This document shows positions 30,491 to 40,993 of a DNA stretch of 64,000 bases, piece after piece. A program made the position numbers and the translations under genes. Every line of letters begins with the position of its first letter. Positions within the stretch are counted from its first letter, which is position 1. The stretch spans positions 64,001 through 128,000 of the forward strand of contig CAVXLD010000004.1 of NCBI GenBank assembly GCA_963762565.1, read 5' to 3'. Origin of the DNA: an uncultured Verrucomicrobiae bacterium. Lineage in GTDB: Bacteria; Verrucomicrobiota; Verrucomicrobiia; Chthoniobacterales; JAFAMB01. Under the pieces are notes generated by a model. It was given only the letters and a program-made list of their open reading frames with translations. It made no database searches and had not been told where the DNA came from.

Positions 30491-31663
30491 CTAAACCAGA
30501 AGGCGCTTCGCTTCTGTATCGGTAAGACGCGGGAAGGTTGTGCCGGGAACGCCTATCTTCACGGCCCGGCCCGATTCAGCCGAGTCTATAATCCCCAGCA
30601 TTACCGCCAGCGCGTGTAACCCAAAGCGACCTGAGCACCGGTGGGGCCGGCCTTCGACTATGGCGGTTGCCATTTCCGCAAGGCCAAGCGAACGATAATT
30701 CGCTACGACTGGATTTCCTAAAGGATAGTTGATCCCTCCAAATGGCTTTTCATCTGTTTTGTGAATGAGCCAGTCTACTTGGTCGCTTGCTAACGCCACG
30801 CTGTTTGGATCGTGAATGTTCAGCAGTCTGTTATTGGCGGAAAGTTCCACGTCCCCTCCAAATGTGTCTGGATCCGGGACGCGGATTGATGCCAACGTTC
30901 CGTGCAGCTCGATCGGTCGAACCCCATGCTTCCAGACGTCCCAACTGGCCAAGAAGCTGACAATAGCTCCACTCGAGAATGTTAGTATTGTGTTCAGTGT
31001 GGTAAAGGTACCGACCGAAAAGGTCTCGCCTTTTTTAGGTCCCTCGCCGAAACGCCGCTCCACCGGGCTGATCTGGCCTACGGCTCGAACCTCACTAACT
31101 GGACCAAGAAGAGCCGTCAAAGCAGCTACATAGTACGGACCGAGATCTAACACTGGGCCAGCGCCCTTTTGATAAAACACCACCGGATTGGGGTGCCAAT
31201 GCTCCATTCCCTTGGTCATGACCGCTGCCAACCCGGTGACGATGGGACCGACACGCCCCTCATCGATCAGAGCTTTGGCAGTCTGCAGGCCAGCCCCCAG
31301 AATCGTATCCGGAGCACACCCTACCCGCAGACCCTTCGCCTCAGCCTCCTCCATCAACGCAACAGCGTCCTCAAGGGAGGTTGCCAAGGGCTTTTCACTA
31401 TAAACGTGTTTTCCAGCGGCGATCGCGGCTCGTGAAACTTCCGCGTGAGTAGCAGGCAGTGTCAGATTGAGTACAATCTCGATGTCGTCGGCGGCAAGAA
31501 GGTTCCTGACACTCGTTTCTCGCAACGAATATTTGTTAGCTAATCGTTCAGCCGCCGCAGGGTTAACGTCGGAGCATGCGACAATCTCGATATCGCGAAA
31601 GAGTTTCGCGTTTCTGACATAGATGTCTGAAATATTCCCGCAGCCGATGATACCAACACGCAT
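30491..31663 (-). CDS. Gfo/Idh/MocA oxidoreductase
   Basis: GIIGCGNIS, GKHVYSEKP, APDT.LG, GAGPVLDLGPYY. Confidence 0.93.
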   Translation of the reverse strand: MRVGIIGCGNISDIYVRNAKLFRDIEIVACSDVNPAAAERLANKYSLRETSVRNLLAADDIEIVLNLTLPATHAEVSRAAIAAGKHVYSEKPLATSLEDAVALMEEAEAKGLRVGCAPDTILGAGLQTAKALIDEGRVGPIVTGLAAVMTKGMEHWHPNPVVFYQKGAGPVLDLGPYYVAALTALLGPVSEVRAVGQISPVERRFGEGPKKGETFSVGTFTTLNTILTFSSGAIVSFLASWDVWKHGVRPIELHGTLASIRVPDPDTFGGDVELSANNRLLNIHDPNSVALASDQVDWLIHKTDEKPFGGINYPLGNPVVANYRSLGLAEMATAIVEGRPHRCSGRFGLHALAVMLGIIDSAESGRAVKIGVPGTTFPRLTDTEAKRLLV

Positions 31664-31715
31664 TTAAATTCGATTCGCACAGTACGGAAAGAACACAAAG
31701 GTCACAAAGACAGAA

Positions 31716-31959
31716 AAATCTCACGCAAAGCCGCAAAGGCGCAAAGGTTTGGGACAAAGGCGGATTTAAGCAGCAAGGAACAAACGCAGCGACAATCACT
31801 GTTCGCTATTCTTTTGTCTCTTTTCTGCGTCCGAGGAAACTTAGCCACAGAAGCCTTACACAGGAGGCAAGGGAGGAAACAGAGATCTCCGTTACCTCTG
31901 TTACCTCCTGTTGAAAATCCGTCTTCCTTTGCGTCTTTGCGTCTTTGCGTGAGATTTTT
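31716..31959. repeat. Nested inverted short tandem repeats (outer CGCAAAG octamer type, inner ACAGAGGTA nonamer type)
   Basis: aaatctcacgcaaagccgcaaaggcgcaaag vs ctttgcgtctttgcgtctttgcgtgagattt; inner ctccgttacctctgttacctcctgt. Confidence 0.8.
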
Positions 31960-32035
31960 TGTCTTAATGTCCTTTGCCATCTTTCCGTATTGTGATTTGA
32001 GGTTTCAAAGCGTGACGAATTAGGGTCACGCTTTT

Positions 32036-32878
32036 TTAGAGATAACCCGCGGGGGCGACGCTGCGTACAAATGCGAGCCTGTCTTTGGCTTCAGCCGGTT
32101 GCAGCGCATGCAGAATGATCGTTCCCTCGAAACCGGATTTCCTCAGAAGTTCCAGGTAGTAGGGATAATCCAGCCGTCCCCGTCCGGCCGCGAGATGCCC
32201 AGCCTCCCCGTCCTTATCAAGATCTTTCGCGTGCGCCAGAGCAATGTCGGGACCGAGAAGATCGAATGCTTCGTCGAGTACTTTCCGCATATTCGGCAAT
32301 TGGCCAGGTTGAAAAATATTGGCTCCGTCCATCACGATTTTCAGCTGCGACGACCTCACTTCGTCGAGAAGCCGTCGAGCTTTCTGTACCGAGTTTATCG
32401 TGTTACCGATCTCAGGTTCGACCCCGAGCGTTACGCCGTATTTTTCGGCGACTTTTGCCGCCCTCTCGATCTGTACGAGCAGATCCGACCAAGCCTCAGG
32501 TGAGTTGTTACCCGGGTGCTTGCGCCACATGCTCTCGGGGTCGCGCGACCCGGTGCACAAGGTGACAACTTCGGTGCCGAGGCGAGGAGCCCATGCAATC
32601 AAGCGGTCCAAGTCTTCCGCTCCCTCCAAACGCGCCTGCGGATCGGGGTCGATCATATTATAGGTACCGGAGAGGGCGGCCAGCGTAAGCTGGCGTCGAG
32701 AGAAGCCTTCAGTAATGACCTCGATCGTACGTGCTGAAAGCTCGGCTGGAAAACTGTGACCCACGGCAGAAACCAGATCGAATTGGACCCCGGTCGCGCC
32801 CGTCGCCGCGATCGCGTCGAGGTTTGCGTCGAGAGAGACAGTCGGAAATTCGGGGGAAAACAATCCTAGTGTGGCCAT
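32036..32878 (-). CDS. Sugar phosphate isomerase/epimerase (AP endonuclease 2 TIM barrel)
   Basis: LGVEPE, MDGAN, AHAKD, GRGRLDY. Confidence 0.85.
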   Translation of the reverse strand: MATLGLFSPEFPTVSLDANLDAIAATGATGVQFDLVSAVGHSFPAELSARTIEVITEGFSRRQLTLAALSGTYNMIDPDPQARLEGAEDLDRLIAWAPRLGTEVVTLCTGSRDPESMWRKHPGNNSPEAWSDLLVQIERAAKVAEKYGVTLGVEPEIGNTINSVQKARRLLDEVRSSQLKIVMDGANIFQPGQLPNMRKVLDEAFDLLGPDIALAHAKDLDKDGEAGHLAAGRGRLDYPYYLELLRKSGFEGTIILHALQPAEAKDRLAFVRSVAPAGYL

Positions 32879-33181
32879 GTTTTTGCTTGGATTTGGACGT
32901 TCATTAATCGCCCTTTCACCGCCTCCAGCCCGCTACGCGGGTGCTTTTCGGACTTGGCGCAGTACTCCAACACTCCCACCTCCCCCCCAACACTTCGCGT
33001 AGCGATGCGGGCGGGCATCACTCCGCGTGGCCGGATTCGAGGACGACGACGAGGACGAGAACGAAGCGCCTTGTGAGGATTGTGACAACCGGAGCGGTCC
33101 GGGTCAAGAAGCGCGCATCGAAAGCCCACCCTAGGGCCGTCGTCTTTACAATCGGAAAGCGTTTTGCTTCCCTTGAGATCC

Positions 33182-33851
33182 ATGGACAGCGAAGGCGCGA
33201 GGATTGGATGGAATCTTCGACAGCGTATAGTCGCGGCAATAGGCCTGGTATTGGCTTTTGGGTTCGTTCTCCGAAAGTTGATAGTCCCAGTATCAATCCA
33301 ATCCACTGCACGAGGCGGCGCTGTCGATCTTGGTTCAGTGGGTGACGACCGGCATCGTCGCATCATCGCGTTATGGTTGCGTCTAAATCCCACCGAATTG
33401 GGGTTACGTGTACCGCGACTGTTGATTGGCCAATTCTCTCGCCACCCTTGTGGTCGGAATGTCGCAGCAGGAGTTTCCAGCGCGTTCCCAGCTCCGCTCC
33501 GCAAAGTCCTTCGTGAAAACGATTATTTCTTTGCCGTTACCGTTCCGCATCGTGCTCGTTATCACCGCCGGTGTTTGCGAAGAATTTTTGTTTCGAGGAT
33601 TCGGAATTACTGTTCTAACCCGGCTTATAGGGAACCGCTGGTTATCCGGGCTATTGTCACTGGCCGCTTTTACGGTTGCAAATGCAGGACTCTTTGGCTG
33701 GACTTCCAGTCTTCTGACCCCGTGCGTGCTAGGACTTTTCCTCACACTTCTATTTCTACTGCGGAAAAATCTAATCATCGGCATGGTGGTACACGCACTG
33801 GTCGATGCGATCGGCCTGATATTGGTTCCTATGGCTTCGACGAAGGGTTGA
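33182..33851 (+). pseudogene. CPBP/Abi (CAAX) intramembrane protease, multiply frameshifted
   Basis: TAGVCEEFLFRG and VVHALVD in the 3' frame; N-terminal TM segments lie in other frames; the FxxxH motif reads FTVAN. Confidence 0.7.
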
Positions 33852-34023
33852 TTTAGGGACGCCAGCGGCTGGGGCAAACGTCATCTTCTAAGTAATCAGT
33901 AATCATTGTGTCAGCAATCAGTTCTCACGCCGATCGAAAACCGGAATCACCCAAGTGACTTGAACGCCATGCGCTCGGTTTGCGTCGGATGGCGTGCCAC
34001 GAGTAAGCCTCAGGCGCGTCGAA

Positions 34024-34067
34024 TGGCTACCGCGCATGGATTCGAACCATGAATAACGCCTCCAAAG
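34024..34067 (-). repeat. att site: duplicated 3' 44 bp of tRNA-Gln
   Basis: tggctaccgcgcatggattcgaaccatgaataacgcctccaaag identical to 49010-49053. Confidence 0.97.
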
Positions 34068-34154
34068 AGCATTATATTCCCTAGCAATCTTGAAAAAAGC
34101 AGCAGTATGCAGCAATTCGAGATTTTTAGCTATTGGTTTCTGGCATACCTACTC

Positions 34155-34724
34155 TTAAGCCGAATCGCCACGTTGAGCCGGCAGCGTTAAGAGCGGAGCT
34201 GGGGGAGGTTGCGCCAGCATAGCGTTGAGGGCGGAACGGCGTTGTAGGTCACGGAGTTGTAGATCGTGAACAATCGGTTGTGGAAGATAAACGCGCGCGA
34301 AATCGTCGGGTCGGAAATCAAGACCGACGTCCCTTGCGATACTCATAAGCAATTCCGTGCGCCTCTGATCGATTAATGGCGTGGGCCCCGCAGCCGGAAA
34401 ATTGCGCGGGTCATTAAGCGCTGAATAGAGATGTGCCCAAGTATCCCGCACACTCGGAACATCGTGAAAAACAGTATCGATAAGGTTAAGAGCCTTCACG
34501 CATTCGGGTTCGGCTATGAAATGGCGATGCTGCATGATGGTGGCGAATACCCACATTTTTACTCGCGCTTTTTCGGTGGCGGATTGCATTGACGCAGTTA
34601 GCTGCGCCGCGTCCAAAGGTGCTTTTTTTGTAGCGGCAACCGCTTTTGACGTCGCTATCGCCGCCCAGGTCGTGGCGATAGCCGCCCATATTGCTGCGAT
34701 TGCAGCGATCCATTCGGAGGACAT
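34155..34724 (-). CDS. DUF6680-like membrane-anchored protein
   Basis: N-terminal hydrophobic helix; KMWVFATIMQHR...VKALNLIDTVFH...VRDTW...LLMSIARDVG...YLP pattern recalled for DUF6680. Confidence 0.65.
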   Translation of the reverse strand: MSSEWIAAIAAIWAAIATTWAAIATSKAVAATKKAPLDAAQLTASMQSATEKARVKMWVFATIMQHRHFIAEPECVKALNLIDTVFHDVPSVRDTWAHLYSALNDPRNFPAAGPTPLIDQRRTELLMSIARDVGLDFRPDDFARVYLPQPIVHDLQLRDLQRRSALNAMLAQPPPAPLLTLPAQRGDSA

Positions 34725-34932
34725 TTGCGAGCCGAAAGGTACCACAATCGCCACAAAAACAAAGAGGCTCGTCAATTCCGGGTACGATGGCCGAGATTTC
34801 GCGAATATCCTGAACTTCGAGGACTCAGACGGATTAGGAAGAGATAGCTGAAGTCACGGGAGCAAATCCTCCTCGCTTTTATCTCTCCTTGTAATTTGTG
34901 TTCAGAAGCACATATTGTGGACCTCGATCCCA

Positions 34933-35718
34933 ATGAAGCCATTTCCACTCAACAAGGCAGACATACCCGTAGAGGATTTCTGGAATATGTCGCCCGAGCG
35001 ACGTTCTCAGATTGTGCTCTTGGGTGTGTTTTTGAACGAAACAAATTGGCTCATGCACCTTTTGGTAAAAGCCGCTCATGGTGTGCAAGATACTCCGCCA
35101 AGTCGTTTAACCCCAGAGGAGGAGGCAAGTGAAGCTGTTACCGCCTTGCTTGCTACAACGCTTGTCGGAAAAGTCTTTGAAAGCTGGAAATGTCTGATTA
35201 GGGGCGAGCGCGACAACAAAAGCGTCTTGGAAAAGCTTCCATTATCGGACAGGACCAAGCAGCTCAGAGACGTGGTCAGAAAGAAGGTTATGAGCAAACT
35301 GTTCCGTGAGATTCGCAACCATCTCGGGTTTCACTACGCCGCCGAGGAGATAAATATCGATCGACTTAAGGGCGTTATCACGGATCGAGATTCCCACATC
35401 TTTATTCATCCTCAAGGTTGCATCGGCTTTACGTTGTCGCGCCTGTCAACGCTCGCCATCCTTGAAGGTATTGTCGGAAAGAATTCCGCCAAAAACCGCA
35501 TCCAAGCTTTTGAGGACACCATAGCGAAGATCTTTGAGACAACAGGACCATACTCTGAATTTCTCTCGGGGGCGTTAATTGACGTGATACAAAGCGAGTT
35601 CGGGAAACGAAAACTTGGCGGCAAGAGGCTCTCGATTCAAGGCGCGCCAACAGACGAAGAAGTCGGGCCTCTCCGTTTCTTTACCCACCCACCGCAAGAA
35701 TTCTCGCCCAATCAATAG
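34933..35718 (+). CDS. Predicted HEPN-domain protein (AbiU2/Cthe_2314-like)
   Basis: Helical protein with REIRNHLGFHY (R-N-x4-H). Confidence 0.6.
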   Translation: MKPFPLNKADIPVEDFWNMSPERRSQIVLLGVFLNETNWLMHLLVKAAHGVQDTPPSRLTPEEEASEAVTALLATTLVGKVFESWKCLIRGERDNKSVLEKLPLSDRTKQLRDVVRKKVMSKLFREIRNHLGFHYAAEEINIDRLKGVITDRDSHIFIHPQGCIGFTLSRLSTLAILEGIVGKNSAKNRIQAFEDTIAKIFETTGPYSEFLSGALIDVIQSEFGKRKLGGKRLSIQGAPTDEEVGPLRFFTHPPQEFSPNQ

Positions 35719-35734
35719 CCAGAAAACGAAAATC

Positions 35735-35998
35735 ATGAACTTCGAAGAAGAGTCAAAAAGGGCTTTAAGAATAACGATCGAGTGGGCCGTAGAATATAAA
35801 CGACCTGGGGCCGGAACAATCCGCGAACAACTCCCTGCCGATTCTGTCTCAGAAGTGTGCACAAAATCGGGTTTTAATCCGCCCGAAGACCACGACTTTC
35901 GGGCACAAAAACTGCGGGTTATCGAATATCACAGTCACACGAAAACAAATTTCCCGGAAGGCGAATGGATTAGTTATTCCCCGCCGCCAACGGCTTAA
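35735..35998 (+). CDS. Hypothetical protein (87 aa)
   Basis: ATG 16 nt after the HEPN gene stop, same strand. Confidence 0.55.
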   Translation: MNFEEESKRALRITIEWAVEYKRPGAGTIREQLPADSVSEVCTKSGFNPPEDHDFRAQKLRVIEYHSHTKTNFPEGEWISYSPPPTA

Positions 35999-36017
35999 AA
36001 ATACCGATGCGGACGAG

Positions 36018-36188
36018 CTAAACTGGATTCCGCTTCAGGTAATCGTTGATTTTAGCGACGGTCTCCTTTCGCCCAACCGTGCGCCCAGTCATCCAAGCGC
36101 GAACGCCGTCAACGTTTGCGCCTAATTCGGCGGCTAGCTCAGTCTTCGTCATCCCGCAACGGATGCGAACAGCTTCGACTTTGCGCAT
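36018..36188 (-). CDS. XRE/Cro-like HTH protein (56 aa; possibly the C-terminus of a broken longer gene)
   Basis: Hand translation: MRKVEAVRIRCGMTKTELAAELGANVDGVRAWMTGRTVGRKETVAKINDYL; below the ORF-track cutoff. Confidence 0.7.
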   Translation of the reverse strand: MRKVEAVRIRCGMTKTELAAELGANVDGVRAWMTGRTVGRKETVAKINDYLKRNPV

Positions 36189-36905
36189 TAAAGCGGCGAA
36201 CTGCTTCCGTTCTTCGTCAGGACGACCCGGTCGCCGTATCCAGCCAGGCCGTCAAAAAGAAAAAGCCATTGCCATCGCCATCTGTACTGGGCTCATGGCC
36301 ATAATCTAATTCTTGGAATATTCTTCCTCTTGTGCCTTTTTTGTTTGCTTCTGTCTACAGTGAGCCCGCTTCCCGGCGCGATGTGGTTTAAGTCGTCCCA
36401 TAATTATTTGTTCCTGTCTTCGTATTTATCCCACGCTTCAAGAAAAGGCTCATACACAGCCGCGGGCGGTTTTTGCAAATTCACCAAAGACATGGGCGCG
36501 AATCGAACCAACTACTATCGAGCAATATCAGCAAACATGCAATAACTGCAATCAGCCTCAAAAGCAATTTGCAATAAGTGCAATAGATTGCAACATTCTT
36601 TGTGTCTGTATCTTTCTTTTTGCGTTCTCGTTAGGTTACTGTTCCACGCCAATGAAAACCCACCAAATAACATTGGCTCCCGAACCGAACCGAGACCGCG
36701 AATTCCGGGTGAGCGCCCGCGCCGAGGATAGAGGCCCTTACGACAGATATTTGGCCGTAGAAACACAACGGCCTAATGGCAAATGGCGAAGCGTGTTATC
36801 CGATGTGCTTTAAGGATTAGCGGAAGAAGGAGGAGGGGGCGGGAGGAGCCGAAGAAACAATCCGTATGATTCGCAGCGGCCAGATAAAATCTTTGGGGAG
36901 GCGAT

Positions 36906-37082
36906 ATGGCGACGCTGGCGCAATACGTGATCGCAAGTCAGGAGGGCATGACCCCGTTAGTTACCGCAGCAAACAAGAAAGAGGCACAGAAGTTTAGCAG
37001 GCAGGCCCGAATGTTGGGTTTTAGCGGTCGGATCGTTTTTCAGCCTCCGACGGTAAAGATGAGTTCAGCCCTCCCGTTATGA
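36906..37082 (+). CDS. Small hypothetical protein (58 aa)
   Basis: GGGGAGG Shine-Dalgarno, MATLAQYVIASQEG...; stop overlaps the next ATG (ATGA). Confidence 0.55.
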   Translation: MATLAQYVIASQEGMTPLVTAANKKEAQKFSRQARMLGFSGRIVFQPPTVKMSSALPL

Positions 37083-37261
37083 TCCAAATCGGTGACCGCA
37101 CGTTTCGCGGGTCTGAGCGCAAGGAACACGGCTACTCGATTTGTCGCCAGCGCGCCAATGGAAGCTGGCAACGCTGGATGCGGTTACATCATCTGAATGA
37201 CCAGGGCGACGTAGAGACAGCTATCCAGCTAATCCGCGCAAGCTTGCCCGCGCTTGTTTGA
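37079..37261 (+). CDS. Small hypothetical protein (60 aa)
   Basis: Translationally coupled to 36906..37082. Confidence 0.5.
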   Translation: MIQIGDRTFRGSERKEHGYSICRQRANGSWQRWMRLHHLNDQGDVETAIQLIRASLPALV

Positions 37262-38521
37262 TCTTCACACCATCTGTCTGGGCTGGAATAAGCAGCCCCC
37301 TGATATTCATGTCTAAGCCGAAGCCATTTATGCCTTGATCCTACGGAAATCGGTGATACCCTTTTCCAGCTCAATCCCCCCGCAGAAGGACGACAACCCT
37401 CCCTTCGAAATAGTTCGATAGAGGGTTGTATTCTAACTTTTTCGTCATCACCCTTTGGATCACTTCTTCCCAGCGATCCCACAACATCTAGATAACGCGT
37501 AAATATTCCACAAAAGCTTCATCTGGTCCTAAGCCTAGGGTCGTGTATATCCACAGACCTTCTTGTTAAAGTCCAGTTTATCATCTACAAGTGGATTGCC
37601 AATACCTGATTGGCTACCACTTTAATTGCTGCCCGCAACACCAGGTAGCTTAAGGTCACCTACAGTTTCTCCAGTTTGCTGATTTCCACGGCAAGCCATA
37701 GTTCTCTGTCTTCTAGCGATTGCTTCGACCTTGTACGACTAAGTCGTTGTAATTAATTGAAGCTTTAGGCCCGCGATCTTCAAATGTGGCGTCATGCCAC
37801 TCAATGATTGCTTCAGCGCCAGCTTCGAGAGGCGGACAACCCTAAGCCGATTTTTGCGCCATTTAGACAAAGTTGCTTTGTTAACACCTATCTGTTTTGC
37901 GATCTCGGACGCTGTTGCCGGGGGTATCTATCTTGTCACCAACTACTCTGGCAACTAAGAGAAAGAATTCTTAGTTTCTCTAGAGAAAAGTCAAACAACT
38001 GTTTGAAAGTTGCGCCGAGTTGCTGTTTCTAATGAAATTTCAGAAATCTTGAAAACGTAAGTGACGTACTCGCTTCGCACGCGCAAGCATGCTTACCAGA
38101 AATTTGAAGTAGCATCACGTGGGGGTGTGTTGAGACAATCCCCAAAGAACGACTTTGTAGGACTTGATTGGTGAACGTTATCACTTCATCCAATAACTAC
38201 GCTTAAGAATGTTACAGACTCGCCTTTGTGCGGAACAGATGCGTGGCGTGCCAAGCGTTTTGCTTACTGAATACAAGCCCAATTCCTTTCGGTATCCAGT
38301 TCCGCTGTTGCGCGACTTCCGTGGGCGGATTGGGCGGCGTTGAACAAACCAGTTATAACCCATTTTAATACTGGCTGCGATATCGTCGTTAAAAGTGGAA
38401 TAGTTTATACTTACAACAGGTACGAAATTCACCGATCTAAAGCTGCTACCGAGACTTTATCGAATGACAGTGCCGTAATTCGCGATCCCACCAGCCCATT
38501 ACATGTTTAAGATCGTGTCGT

Positions 38522-38830
38522 TTATGGACGTTCCGAAAGCCTCTTCGCTACAGCATTACGAACCCGCTCTTCAGGATCACTCTTAAGGGCCTCCAGGCTT
38601 TCGCGCTTGGCCGGGCCGAGCGATTGTAGACTGCCCGCGTTCAATCTGACCATTGTCATCACGCAGCAGCCCGTCCAGTACCTCACTAGGACATGATCGG
38701 TTTCGTGCAACCTCTGTCCGGACTGATAAGCTTTGGTCAGTTGCCAGCAAACACAACTGACCGATGGAAGCTCTCAGACTTTCTCGCCGCAGAGAAACGG
38801 ACTAATTCGTCGGAATCAAGAGCGGGATCG
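38522..38830 (-). pseudogene. Frameshifted LRV/HEAT-like repeat protein
   Basis: Fragments in different frames: DSDELVRFSAAR, LATDQSLSVRTEVARNRSCPSEVLDGLLRD, LEALKSDPEERVRNAVA. Confidence 0.55.
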
Positions 38831-38988
38831 GCGTTAGTATCTCGATCATGCGAATCCAAATAAGCGTCAAATGATCGCGAAAGGCGGGGTGCGGCCGGTC
38901 GCCACCTGAAGGCCCGAAAATCTGATTTCTCTTTCAGTGATGTCCAAAACTTAAGCCAAAATGGCGCGATATTTTAGACTCTGAAATT

Positions 38989-39885
38989 TTAATCATTTTT
39001 GCGCTCTAGAGTGTCGCCGAATTTCCCACGCGCTTTAAGCAAGAGGATTAGTCGTTCGTGCCACGACATGGGATTCCCAGGCTCCACAACACACAACGCC
39101 AGGACGTATTCCAAACATTCAATTGAGAACGCTTGAATCGTTTTATCAACTACTTGGCGAGTCACCTCCATTAAGGATACTAGTCCCAGAACGTCGAGAC
39201 CTTCTAGAGTTGCTAAATTTGAATCCACGATTCCGATAGATGTGTAGAGCTTGTTGGAGGTAGCCTCGGTGAGGTCGTCCATCGCCTCCAAAGCTTCTAG
39301 GAACGTCCGAGAAAAAGCCTCAAGATCCCAGACCGGCAGGGTAGCTATGTTCCCGGGGACCACAGCCCAATCGTGAAGAGAGTTGCGAACCGTTTCCGGG
39401 AGTCCGACCTTCGCTCCAAACTCAGCGAATGAAGTTCGAACGATCCCTTGCTCCTCGGGATCGGTGAATTTCGATATTAGGCGCTCCCAATTCGCCTCTA
39501 TGTCACCAACTGAAAGACACGCGGCACCGCGCAACCATAGTATCGAAAGCCATCCGCAATCGGAATAGACCTTATCTTGCCAGAGGGGTATAACCTCGTC
39601 CCTCAGCAGTGCCTCTAACGCTCGGGCGCGAAAAATGAGATCTATCGAACCGTCGTAATTTGGTGTGGGGCTATCTCCTACGGGTGCGTGGACGACAACA
39701 ACTTGATCGGCTTGGAATGACGCTGCCGGAATCGGACCTGAGGAGACATACTCAACAACCAGATCAATCAGGTTCAGCGAATTCTCCGCCTCAAGCCTAA
39801 TTTGAAACGCTTCGCTCTCGTCACGATTAAGTAGATATTTGGTCATCTCCGAAAACCTTTTGCGAAAGACCGGTCTCTGCAGCAC
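38989..39885 (-). CDS. Hypothetical acidic helical protein (~290 aa)
   Basis: Long open ORF with no recognised motif; start uncertain. Confidence 0.6.
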   Translation of the reverse strand: MLQRPVFRKRFSEMTKYLLNRDESEAFQIRLEAENSLNLIDLVVEYVSSGPIPAASFQADQVVVVHAPVGDSPTPNYDGSIDLIFRARALEALLRDEVIPLWQDKVYSDCGWLSILWLRGAACLSVGDIEANWERLISKFTDPEEQGIVRTSFAEFGAKVGLPETVRNSLHDWAVVPGNIATLPVWDLEAFSRTFLEALEAMDDLTEATSNKLYTSIGIVDSNLATLEGLDVLGLVSLMEVTRQVVDKTIQAFSIECLEYVLALCVVEPGNPMSWHERLILLLKARGKFGDTLERKND

Positions 39886-40708
39886 TCAGCGAATATTCCA
39901 GTTTTACTCGCGGACCCAGCAAATATTCAACCTCGGTGTGATTGTCTTTGAGAGACGCCAGTTTTAGCGCAGGTCTGGCCGTAATCTGGATCGGGACTCG
40001 CCACTATTCCGAATCGAAAAATTGAGGATAGGATATTTTTGATTTTGCTCGAAAACGATGACCGGTTCGCGGCCGCTCGACATGGCTTTTCAGAGACAGA
40101 CTATGCCCAAAGTGCTGGTACACGATGACGTCATGGCCTGCATAGACCTGATGAAGGCTAACGTTTTGCCCCGGCTCCGGGGCTATGCTTTTTTTGGTCC
40201 AGAATCGCTGTCGCTCGCACCACTGGAAACGTTTATATCCTTCTCAAGATCTACTCTCTGAACATGAGCACCCCTGGAGGTCTTGTCGGTCGCAGTGAGA
40301 CCGCCTTGCCTGCTTACGGCATCTTCGACTCTCACAGCCGCTTGAGGGCCAGTAGAGCGGCCTGAGTCTTTGGACTCGTTTGAGCCTTCGATGCTGTCTC
40401 ACCAAGCCGGGTCTTTAAAACCCATTTATAGATTTTCTGTAGGCAAGGAAGGCGCACAGGCCAGCAATTACGAGTACTACAAGGCCAATCAGCATGACAG
40501 TCTGCGTGTCCACGGCGGGCGATGCTAGCAAGTTGCAATGCTTATTGCAAGATCGGAAATTTCGCAGTCTTTCCTGCTTCAATCAGCTTCCATGCTTCTG
40601 GATACAAGTGGCAGATTGGGAGTTTTCGACGAAGGGCGAACGGCTACCGATCTAATGAAACAATTCACTGAACCGCCAAGATTGATTCCTCACGAAATTC
40701 CGACATCA

Positions 40709-40984
40709 TTACGCACCCGCTATTGGCATATTATCGCGGTGCTGCTTCCAAACATGCCAGACAGCCTCAGAAGCCAGTTTCAGACCAATCAACTCAAACC
40801 TCAAATCGAAGAGTTCTCGCTCGCGTTGAATCTCTGCAACCTCGCCGTTTCCTCTGCGAAAATAGTTTGTCAAAATCTCGTAGTGCACGTCGTCCAATCG
40901 CTTCAATTCTTTGGATGCTGAAAGGAACCAATCGCGAAAATCGGCGTGTGTATGTTTTATTTCTAGGGGATCACACAGAGTCAT
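40709..40984 (-). CDS. Hypothetical protein (91 aa)
   Basis: ATG 9 nt downstream of the protease-scaffold stop, same strand. Confidence 0.55.
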   Translation of the reverse strand: MTLCDPLEIKHTHADFRDWFLSASKELKRLDDVHYEILTNYFRRGNGEVAEIQRERELFDLRFELIGLKLASEAVWHVWKQHRDNMPIAGA

Positions 40985-40993
40985 AATATTTAA

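Noticed and set aside
34024..34067. Second tRNA gene
   Set aside because: Only the 3' 44 nt are present, with no D-arm or 5' acceptor strand; this is the att duplication.
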